DNA from: an uncultured Erysipelotrichaceae bacterium
GTDB lineage: Bacteria; Bacillota_I; Bacilli_A; Erysipelotrichales; Erysipelotrichaceae
Assembly (NCBI GenBank): GCA_964457525.1
Contig: CAYWGS010000066.1
Span: 1-7,718, forward strand
Direction: 5' to 3'
Length of the DNA: 7,718 nucleotides
Below are positions 1-5,728 of this stretch, in pieces. Numbering within the stretch: the stretch's first letter is position 1; each line of letters begins with the position of its first letter. Position numbers and translations under genes: made by a program. The notes beneath the pieces are model-generated. The model was not told the DNA's origin. It made no database searches and saw nothing but the letters and a program-made list of their open reading frames with translations.

Positions 1-66
1 AAAGCCAATCATAGCGATCGCAATTAATGTATAAACTAAATGAATTAAGAATTTATTTTTTTGCAC
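1..66 (-). CDS. Partial CDS (N-terminus only, continues off the left edge); probable membrane protein
   Basis: A minus-strand frame is open from position 75 to the window edge. GTG at 66..64 is preceded by GAGGT (77..73) with a 6-nt spacer, and an in-frame TGA lies at 78..76. The translation MQKNKFLIHLVYTLIAIAMIGF... has a basic N-terminus followed by a hydrophobic helix. Only 22 codons are visible. Confidence 0.35.
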   Translation of the reverse strand, partial: MQKNKFLIHLVYTLIAIAMIGF

Positions 67-111
67 ACGATTACCTCAAACCTATATAGCACTATATCAT
101 AAAATATACAG

Positions 112-117
112 TATAAT
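112..117 (+). promoter_or_regulatory. Candidate -10 box (TATAAT) for pepT; no convincing -35
   Basis: A perfect TATAAT lies 25 nt upstream of the pepT ATG. The hexamers 16-18 bp upstream (gcacta, cactat) match TTGACA poorly. An alternative is TTGCAC (61-66), 16 bp, TATATA (83-88). Neither candidate is decisive. Confidence 0.3.
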
Positions 118-141
118 AAAAATATTAGAAAGAAGAGAACT

Positions 142-1368
142 ATGGAAACATTATTAGAAAGATTTATACGTTATTGTAAAATAAACACTCGATCCGATGA
201 ATCGAGCACAACCGTTCCATCCACTCAATCTCAAGTTGAGTTTGCGGAACTTCTTGTAAAAGACTTAAAGGCTTGTGGATTTAGTGAAGTAGAGTTGAAC
301 AGATCCAATGGATTTGTGACTGCCACTATTCCAAGCAATGTGGATTATCCTGTGGATACCATTGGATTTATTGCACACTTTGATACGGCTGATTTCAATT
401 CAGAAAACATTCAACCAAGAATTGTGGAGAATTATGATGGAAGTGATTTAGTCTTAAACAAAGATTTAAACAAAGTATTAGACAATATTACTTTCCCTAA
501 CCTAAAGAACTATGTTGGTCATACATTAATCACAACCGATGGCACAACCCTTCTTGGGGCAGATGATAAAGCAGGTTTAGTAGAGATTATCGAGGCAATG
601 CTTTACCTATTAGCTCATCCAGAAGTTAAACACGGAGAAGTACGTGTTGCGTTTGGACCCGATGAAGAAATTGGAAGAGGCGCTAACTTATTCGATGCGC
701 CAAACTTTAGAGCAAAATTTGCTTATACCATGGATGGAAGTAAGATTGGTGAACTTGAATATGAAAGTTTCAATGCGGCAAAAGCTGTTGTAGAACTTAG
801 TGGTGTATCGGTTCATCCAGGAACTGCTAAGAATCAAATGATTAACTGCGCTAAACTTGCGTTTGAATTTGATTCACTCTTACCTCAAAATGAAGTCCCT
901 GAACATACTGAAAAATATGAAGGATTCTACTTATTACATGATTTAGAAACTGCAATTGACCATGGTACAATGACCTATATCATACGCGATCACGATAAAG
1001 AAAAATTCTTAGCTCGTAAGCAGATGTTTGTGGATAATGTCAATTACCTTAACAACAAATACAAAGCTGAACGCTTCAAACTCACTCTAACAGATTCTTA
1101 TTACAACATGCGTGAAGTGATTGAGAAAGACATGAAATGTGTTGATTTAGCGAAACAAGCGATGTTAAATCTTGGTATCACACCGATTATCAAACCAATT
1201 CGTGGGGGTACCGATGGATCAAAGATCTCATTTATGGGCATTCCTACTCCAAACATCTTTACAGGTGCAGAAAACTATCACGGTCCTTTTGAATTCGCAT
1301 CACTCAACGATATGAATAAAGCTGTTGAAACAATTGTAGAAATTGTTCGACTTAACGCGGTGGTATAA
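142..1368 (+). CDS. pepT: Peptidase T (tripeptide aminopeptidase, MEROPS M20B)
   Basis: The 408-aa ORF carries the family motifs IAHFDTA, GADDKAG, GPDEEIG, YTMDG and ENYHGP, which are the positions of the M20 metal ligands and catalytic residues. Length and N-terminus (LLERFIRYCKINT.S) are typical of PepT. Confidence 0.95.
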   Translation: METLLERFIRYCKINTRSDESSTTVPSTQSQVEFAELLVKDLKACGFSEVELNRSNGFVTATIPSNVDYPVDTIGFIAHFDTADFNSENIQPRIVENYDGSDLVLNKDLNKVLDNITFPNLKNYVGHTLITTDGTTLLGADDKAGLVEIIEAMLYLLAHPEVKHGEVRVAFGPDEEIGRGANLFDAPNFRAKFAYTMDGSKIGELEYESFNAAKAVVELSGVSVHPGTAKNQMINCAKLAFEFDSLLPQNEVPEHTEKYEGFYLLHDLETAIDHGTMTYIIRDHDKEKFLARKQMFVDNVNYLNNKYKAERFKLTLTDSYYNMREVIEKDMKCVDLAKQAMLNLGITPIIKPIRGGTDGSKISFMGIPTPNIFTGAENYHGPFEFASLNDMNKAVETIVEIVRLNAVV

Positions 1369-1370
1369 AC

Positions 1371-2531
1371 ATGAATGATCGACTCAGACGTTTGTTAGAA
1401 TACATCAAAGCAATTGAAAATAATCAGTCTAACTTAGAAACGTATAAGAAGTACGAAGCTGACATACTGAGTGTTAATCATGAAGATTTGTTTATATTAT
1501 TCGATTCCTTATTAAAAGAAAATCATAAACCAAAAGAAATTCTTGTATATCTAGACAAACTTATACATGTTTTCGCTCAATCTTTAGAATTGAAGAAAAC
1601 ACTCTTATTAGAAGACTCTTTTTTAGATCATCTTACTCAAGAGAATCGAGCTTTCGAAGAACGACTTAATCACATCAAACAAATTCTCATTGAGAAGAAA
1701 GGTGTATTCCCTAAAGAATCCATCAACTTATTTGAAGAACTTGATGCATTCTCGATTCATTATACAAAGATACAAAACATCTTATTCCCATATTTAGAGA
1801 AGAAAGCTGACCACTTTTCAGGTGTAAGCATTATGTGGTCTCTCCATGATTTAACACGCTTACGCTTAAAAGAAACCATTGAGGCAATACAAAATAAAAC
1901 TCAATTAGAAGTGTCTAGATTAATCGGTGATTACTTCTTCAAAGCATTTGGACTCATTCAAAAGGAAGAGATGATTCTATTCCAAGTATGTAATCAGATT
2001 TGTTCCGTTGAGGAACTTGAAGAAATGCGTTCTCAAAGTTTTGAATATGGTTTCGCATGGATTAATACCCCTAAACAAAAAGAAGTTCATTCAAAACCAA
2101 TAGGAAATTCCTACTTCTCAACCGATACCGGTGAACTAAGTTTTGAACAATTATCGCTTATGCTTGATGCATTACCAATTGATTGTACCTACGTAGATGA
2201 ACATAATAAAGTACGATACTTCAATCGACCTAAAGATCGAATCTTCCCAAGATCTGCTTCTGTTATCGGCCGTGATGTGCGTAACTGTCATCCTGCAGAA
2301 AGTGTTGATGTGGTGAATCAAATCATTGAGGCATTCAGAAAGAATGAACAATCTGAAGCGAATTTCTGGATCGAGATGCGTGGTAAGTTTCTCTATATTC
2401 GTTATTTCGCCTTAAGAAATAAAGATGGTGTATATAAAGGTGTCCTTGAGTTATCTCAAGAAGTCAGTGAAATACGAAGTTTACAGGGTCAAAGAAGACT
2501 CTTACAATGGGACACAAAAGCCGGTGATTAA
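1371..2531 (+). CDS. DUF438 family protein (N-terminal DUF438 region, hemerythrin-like HHE region, C-terminal PAS_10-type domain)
   Basis: The C-terminal segment is YVDEHNKVRYFNRPKDRIFPRSASVIGRDVRNCHPAESV...FWIEMRGKFLYIRYFALRNKDGVYKGVLELSQEVSEIRSLQG. It matches the conserved signature of the family (vrYF...riFpR...viGR.V..CHP..S...FWi...gk...IrYfAvr...G.Y.G.lE..q). The central motifs HYTKIQNILFPYLEK, IMWSLHD and KEEMILF resemble hemerythrin-like cation-binding helices. The ATG lies 2 nt after the pepT stop, with GGTGG 7 nt upstream. Confidence 0.88.
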   Translation: MNDRLRRLLEYIKAIENNQSNLETYKKYEADILSVNHEDLFILFDSLLKENHKPKEILVYLDKLIHVFAQSLELKKTLLLEDSFLDHLTQENRAFEERLNHIKQILIEKKGVFPKESINLFEELDAFSIHYTKIQNILFPYLEKKADHFSGVSIMWSLHDLTRLRLKETIEAIQNKTQLEVSRLIGDYFFKAFGLIQKEEMILFQVCNQICSVEELEEMRSQSFEYGFAWINTPKQKEVHSKPIGNSYFSTDTGELSFEQLSLMLDALPIDCTYVDEHNKVRYFNRPKDRIFPRSASVIGRDVRNCHPAESVDVVNQIIEAFRKNEQSEANFWIEMRGKFLYIRYFALRNKDGVYKGVLELSQEVSEIRSLQGQRRLLQWDTKAGD

Positions 2532-2544
2532 CCGGCTTTTATTT
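2517..2544. terminator. Bidirectional rho-independent terminator shared by the convergent operons
   Basis: Stem AAAGCCGGT (2517-2525), loop GATTA and stem ACCGGCTTT (2531-2539) are followed by TTTTATTTG on the + strand. The complementary hairpin is followed by TTTTGTGT on the - strand. The DUF438 stop codon lies across the loop/3'-arm junction, and the PAS gene stop is at 2547-2549. Confidence 0.75.
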
Positions 2545-2546
2545 GA

Positions 2547-2933
2547 TTAGGTATGTTTTATTGTTTGACTGATATCTTTCGTTAAACACAAGATACCTAC
2601 ACTTACTCCATCTTCTATAAGTGGTATCCAAGATGTTTCAATAAATATAATCGTATTTAAATTCTTTGTATACCGAGACTCAATTTGTGTTATTGTCTCT
2701 TGAAGGTCTAATACTTTTTTTAATCGTGATCTTAAATTAATCACACCTTTCTTCCCTTCAAATACTTCAAAGATAGACTGACCTATTTTGGGTTCTAATC
2801 CCCAAATTCTATAAACACGATCACGATGACTTTGACTCATCTCTGTATAACAAAAATGAGTATCCATCACAAAGTAACTTATTTCTGGATTACGTTTTAA
2901 AATCTCATTTAGAATAATGACCGAAGTATTCAT
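2547..2933 (-). CDS. Stand-alone PAS-like domain protein (128 aa, no output domain)
   Basis: The sequence fits the PAS secondary-structure pattern. ISYFVMD and FCYTEMS fit beta1/2. RIWGLEPKIGQSIFEVF is helical with an iG..i motif. ITQIESRY, IIFIETSWIPLIEDG and VSVGILCLTKDIS fit beta3-5 with a terminal DI(S/T). The start ATG (2933..2931) overlaps the TfoX stop as ATGA. The family call rests on pattern only. Confidence 0.6.
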   Translation of the reverse strand: MNTSVIILNEILKRNPEISYFVMDTHFCYTEMSQSHRDRVYRIWGLEPKIGQSIFEVFEGKKGVINLRSRLKKVLDLQETITQIESRYTKNLNTIIFIETSWIPLIEDGVSVGILCLTKDISQTIKHT

Positions 2934-3256
2934 TCCCTCACTCTTTTCTTTTTTGGTTTAGGGTAAGTTAATATCGGTTCAATCTTCTCAATCACTGTTT
3001 CTGTTAAATCTCGATTATCGATATCAAGGATGTAATGTTCCCGCGCACCTTCATAAGGATATCCTTTCGATGCGTCTACCATAAGATCTTGTATCTCATC
3101 CACAATCTTTACATAAACTGTATTATCACACACTAGAAATAAGGGTTTATCATTCAAATAAACCATGTACTCACCAAACATCTTACGATAACGAATGTCT
3201 CCCATCGTTCGAATTTGTTCACAAACATATTCGATATAATCCAATTGTGTTGGCAT
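2930..3256 (-). CDS. TfoX/Sxy N-terminal-domain-only protein
   Basis: The core YRKMFGEYMVYLNDKPLFLVCDNTVYVKI matches the TfoX_N core (rkMFGg.g.Y..gk.fa...d..lylK). The protein is 108 aa and has no TfoX C-terminal domain. It ends in the basic tail PKPKKKRVRE. The RBS AAAGGAAA lies upstream of the ATG at 3256. Confidence 0.8.
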   Translation of the reverse strand: MPTQLDYIEYVCEQIRTMGDIRYRKMFGEYMVYLNDKPLFLVCDNTVYVKIVDEIQDLMVDASKGYPYEGAREHYILDIDNRDLTETVIEKIEPILTYPKPKKKRVRE

Positions 3257-3298
3257 ACTCTATTTCCTTTCATAAAACGAAAAGTTACGTAGGATCTT

Positions 3299-3550
3299 TT
3301 AACCTTTTAAGCCTCTTTCTTGTCGATCCATGTTTTCAATCACTACATCAAAAACATCTCCAAGTGTTGCGGCATATTCCACAACTTTCCATGGTGTGTT
3401 GGTATGAAAATGAATCTTAATTAGCTCATCATCCCCAACCACTAGTAAACAATCCCCTTCAATATTTTGAGTTATTGTATTAATAATCTTGTCTTCTGAT
3501 AGATTTTGACCTTCAATGAGAAGTTGTGTATCATACTTAAATTCATTCAT
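3299..3550 (-). CDS. 83-aa protein homologous only to the middle domain of FakA/YloV (DAK2-fusion fatty acid kinase family)
   Basis: The motif string GDCLLVVGDDELIKIHFHTNTPWKVVEYAATLGDVFDVVIENMDRQE matches the family pattern GDS.vVv.d....KvHvHt..PG.vl..a...G.l..i.iENM..Q. That pattern lies between the DAK2 and C-terminal domains of YloV/FakA. A strong SD AAGGAGA lies 5 nt before the ATG, and the ATG starts 1 nt after the DJ-1 stop. Confidence 0.7.
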   Translation of the reverse strand: MNEFKYDTQLLIEGQNLSEDKIINTITQNIEGDCLLVVGDDELIKIHFHTNTPWKVVEYAATLGDVFDVVIENMDRQERGLKG

Positions 3551-3551
3551 A

Positions 3552-4094
3552 TTATTCTCCTTGAAATAGGATGCTTGAAGCTAACTTCTTATGTTCTAGC
3601 CCTAAGACTTCCACCAACTTAATCCCTAGATGTAGTGCTGTACCCATCGAACGTGATGTGACCATTTTTCCATCTACCACAACCAAATCATCTTTGTAAT
3701 TGGCCTCATCAAACATTCCATTTACATTCGATGTTGGATAGGATGTTATATCCTTATTTTTAATAATGCCTGCTTTCGCAAGAACAGTTGGGGCTGCACA
3801 AATAGCACTCACCCATTTATCTTGATGAACATAATCACGCACTAAATTTAATACACGCTCATCATTTCCAAGATGTGTCGAACCGGGTTGACCACCTGGT
3901 AAAAACACACCATCATAATGATCCATATCACCAAAGAGTTTATCGGCTTTTACAGTTATCTGATGACTTCCCGTTACTTCAAGTTCATGGATGGAAACAC
4001 AATCAACTTCTACACCTGCACGTCTTAAACAGTCAATAACCGTTATGGCTTCTGTTTCTTCAAATCCATTCGCAAGTAAACATGCAAATTTCAT
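3552..4094 (-). CDS. DJ-1/PfpI superfamily protein, DJ-1/YajL (ThiJ-like) subtype
   Basis: The protein has the nucleophile-elbow motif VSAICAAPTVLAKAG, the N-terminal LLANGFEETEA motif with the conserved Glu, and FLPGG. I place the start at ATG 4094 (MKFACLL...), which is preceded by GGAGGA 4 nt upstream. The ORF-track start at 4130 would overlap the upstream gene and has no RBS. Confidence 0.9.
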   Translation of the reverse strand: MKFACLLANGFEETEAITVIDCLRRAGVEVDCVSIHELEVTGSHQITVKADKLFGDMDHYDGVFLPGGQPGSTHLGNDERVLNLVRDYVHQDKWVSAICAAPTVLAKAGIIKNKDITSYPTSNVNGMFDEANYKDDLVVVDGKMVTSRSMGTALHLGIKLVEVLGLEHKKLASSILFQGE

Positions 4095-4104
4095 AGATTC
4101 CTCC

Positions 4105-5280
4105 TTATTGATTGAATGCATCAATGGCACTCTTTAATTGCTCAAGTGCTTGTTTAATCAATTCTCTTTGTGTTGCACAATTCATACGAACAAAGCCTGT
4201 ACCACTTTGCCCAAACATGGATCCATCATTGAACCAGATCAATGCTTTCTCATTTAAGAACTTCATTAAATCAGTTTGTTCAAGATGTAATGAACTGAAA
4301 TCCAACCATAATAAGTATGTTCCTTCAATGTCCATTACTTTAACACTAGGAATATTTACACTAACATACTTCTTTATAAATTGAATGTTCTGATAAATAT
4401 ACTCTACCACATCATCCATAAATTGATCGCCTGTACGATACGCGACTTCACACGCTAAGAGTCCAAAGGTATTATGTCCATGGAAACCTAATCGTTCATA
4501 TTCATGTTCAATCTTCTTTTTAAAAGAGGAATTTGATGTAATCAGTTGTGAAATTTTAAATGCCGCAAGATTGAAACTCTTACTTGGTGCAGCTAAAGTA
4601 ATAACGAAATCTTGGTATTCAGGTTTTAAATTCGCTAACACATGATGTTCATGTCCTTTATAGACAAAGTCCATATGAATTTCATCGGATACAATCATAA
4701 CTTCATGTTTATGACAGATATCGGCCATTTGGATGAGTTCATCTTTTAACCATACTCTTCCCACAGGATTATGTGGGGAACATAGGATAAATAGTTTTAC
4801 CTTATTCTCAACAATCTTCTTTTCAAAGTCATTAAAATCAATCGAATAATGCGTATCATTCTTTACTAATTCATTAATAATAGGCACTCGTTTATTGTAC
4901 TTAATTGAATTCTTAAATGGATGATAGACCGGTTCTTGGATTAATACAGAATCATTTTCCTCTGTAAACGCAAGGATACATGCATTTAATCCACTTACCA
5001 CACCGGGTGTTGTGATGATCCATTCTTTTTGAATATCCCAATGATGTCTACGTTTCATCCACCCAATAACAGATTCAAAATAACTCTCTGGCTCAAATGC
5101 ATAGCCATAAACACCAAACTCAACTTGTTTATTGAGCGCTTGTGTGATTTCTGGGAGTGTTTTAAAATCCATATCCGCGACCCATAAAGGAATTGCGTCT
5201 GGATGTATGTTAAATTTCTCATGTCCATCCCATTTAATAGAATTCGTATTCTTGCGATTAACCTTATCCTCAAAATTCAT
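4105..5280 (-). CDS. patB: PLP-dependent class I/II aminotransferase, MalY/PatB-type cystathionine beta-lyase (C-S lyase)
   Basis: The N-terminus F.DKVNRKNTNSIKWD is typical of MalY/PatB. SPHNPVGRVW and the PLP-lysine context APSKSFNLA are present. I place the start at ATG 5280 (MNFEDK...), preceded by GAGGT with a 6-nt spacer. The ORF-track start at 5310 adds 10 residues without an RBS. The symbol is by family resemblance only. Confidence 0.88.
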   Translation of the reverse strand: MNFEDKVNRKNTNSIKWDGHEKFNIHPDAIPLWVADMDFKTLPEITQALNKQVEFGVYGYAFEPESYFESVIGWMKRRHHWDIQKEWIITTPGVVSGLNACILAFTEENDSVLIQEPVYHPFKNSIKYNKRVPIINELVKNDTHYSIDFNDFEKKIVENKVKLFILCSPHNPVGRVWLKDELIQMADICHKHEVMIVSDEIHMDFVYKGHEHHVLANLKPEYQDFVITLAAPSKSFNLAAFKISQLITSNSSFKKKIEHEYERLGFHGHNTFGLLACEVAYRTGDQFMDDVVEYIYQNIQFIKKYVSVNIPSVKVMDIEGTYLLWLDFSSLHLEQTDLMKFLNEKALIWFNDGSMFGQSGTGFVRMNCATQRELIKQALEQLKSAIDAFNQ

Positions 5281-5356
5281 ATATTTACCTCGACTATTGT
5301 AATTTATCATACCTTTATTTTAATCGAGTTTAAACATCTATTCGAAATAACATACT

Positions 5357-5377
5357 AAAAAAACATCTTTCGATGTT
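5357..5377 (-). terminator. Candidate weak intrinsic terminator after the tRNA pair
   Basis: On the - strand, AACATC-GAAA-GATGTT (5377..5362) is followed by a run of 7 T (the A-run at 5357-5363 on the + strand). The stem is only 6 bp and AT-rich, so readthrough into the patB-like gene is plausible. Confidence 0.45.
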
Positions 5378-5389
5378 GAATTTTTAATA

Positions 5390-5472
5390 TGGTGCACCAG
5401 GCGGGATTTGAACCCGCACGGTTGCCCACACGCCCCTCAAGCGTGCGCGTCTGCCAGTTTCGCCACTGGTGC
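5390..5472 (-). tRNA. tRNA-Leu (anticodon GAG), class II with long variable arm, CCA encoded
   Basis: The reverse complement folds as a cloverleaf. The acceptor is GCACCAG/CTGGTGC and the D stem is GCG/CGC. The anticodon stem CACGC/GCGTG carries the loop TTGAGGG. There is an 11-nt variable region, a T arm GCGGG-TTCAAAT-CCCGC, discriminator A and CCA. Confidence 0.9.
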
Positions 5473-5484
5473 ATTCATAAGTTT

Positions 5485-5561
5485 TGGTGCGACCGACAGG
5501 AGTTGAACCTGTGACCTAGTGCTTAGGAGGCGCTCGCTCTATCCACCTGAGCTACGGCCGC
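5485..5561 (-). tRNA. tRNA-Arg (anticodon CCT), CCA encoded
   Basis: The reverse complement is GCGGCCGTAGCTCAGGTGGATAGAGCGAGCGCCTCCTAAGCACTAGGTCACAGGTTCAACTCCTGTCGGTCGCACCA. The acceptor is GCGGCCG/CGGTCGC with one G-U pair, and the D arm is GCTC/GAGC. The anticodon loop is CTCCTAA and the T arm is ACAGG-TTCAACT-CCTGT. The anticodon stem has one C-A mismatch. Confidence 0.9.
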
Positions 5562-5629
5562 AATGGTCTATAGATTGATCAGCCTGAGCTTTAGCACAAT
5601 GGGTCTAATCTAAATCGGTGTGCTAAATT

Positions 5630-5658
5630 ATTATACACGAAGTTTTAAAACTTGTGTA
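5630..5658 (-). promoter_or_regulatory. Candidate promoter of the tRNA-Arg/tRNA-Leu unit
   Basis: On the - strand, -35 TACACA (5658..5653) is separated by 17 bp from a consensus -10 TATAAT (5635..5630). The predicted start is about 60 nt upstream of tRNA-Arg. Confidence 0.45.
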
Positions 5659-5665
5659 GGGGTAT

Positions 5666-5694
5666 TTGCGATGAGCACCTTCCTATGTTAGAAT
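5666..5694 (+). promoter_or_regulatory. Sigma-A-type promoter of glmS with extended -10
   Basis: The -35 TTGCGA (5666-5671) is separated by 17 bp from TGT-TAGAAT (TGn at 5686-5688, -10 at 5689-5694). The predicted TSS near 5700 leaves about 30 nt of leader before the ribozyme cleavage site. Confidence 0.65.
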
Positions 5695-5728
5695 GTCGAA
5701 GGAAAGGAGAAAACAAGGTTAATATAAT

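Noticed and set aside
3257-3298. Possible internal promoter or terminator between the 83-aa ORF and the TfoX_N gene
   Set aside because: There is no stem-loop with a T-tract, and the only -10-like hexamers (TTTTAT) are weak and would leave no leader. This region is treated as an ordinary intercistronic spacer.
4095-4130. N-terminal extension of the DJ-1 ORF (MPLMHSINKEES-) overlapping the upstream gene by 26 nt
   Set aside because: ATG 4094 is preceded by GGAGGA and gives the canonical DJ-1 N-terminus MKFACLL. The extension has no RBS.
4112-4384. 90-aa + strand ORF
   Set aside because: It lies entirely antisense to the well-supported C-S lyase CDS. It has no RBS, and its low-complexity, Cys/Asn/Phe-rich translation is typical of the antisense frame of an AT-rich gene.
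5055-5273. 72-aa - strand ORF
   Set aside because: It is an alternative reading frame inside the patB-like CDS on the same strand. The Arg/Ile/Leu-rich translation shows no motif, so it is a shadow ORF.
5281-5310. N-terminal extension of the aminotransferase (MINYNSRGKY-)
   Set aside because: ATG 5280 has GAGGT 6 nt upstream and gives the family-typical N-terminus. The extension would contain that RBS.
5281-5389. Possible S-box, T-box or other riboswitch leader upstream of the C-S lyase gene
   Set aside because: Only about 77 nt lie between the tRNA terminator hairpin and the ATG, which is too short for those leaders. No conserved S-box or T-box core sequence is visible.
2547-5472. Idea that the five-gene array is a genomic island integrated at tRNA-Leu
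   Set aside because: There is no integrase or recombinase. I found no direct repeat of the tRNA 3' end elsewhere in the window, and there is no obvious compositional shift. Repeat detection by eye is limited.
5570-5600. tRNA D-arm-like string (AAGCTCAGGCTGATCAATC on the - strand) upstream of tRNA-Arg, possibly a third or degenerate tRNA
   Set aside because: No T-arm (GTTCRANYC) or acceptor pairing can be built from the surrounding 65 nt. It is most likely a chance resemblance within the precursor leader.
5703-5710. Strong SD-like AAAGGAGA at the 5' end of the glmS leader, suggesting a leader peptide
   Set aside because: No ATG, GTG or TTG occurs in the following 20 nt. The segment is upstream of the ribozyme cleavage site and would be discarded after cleavage.
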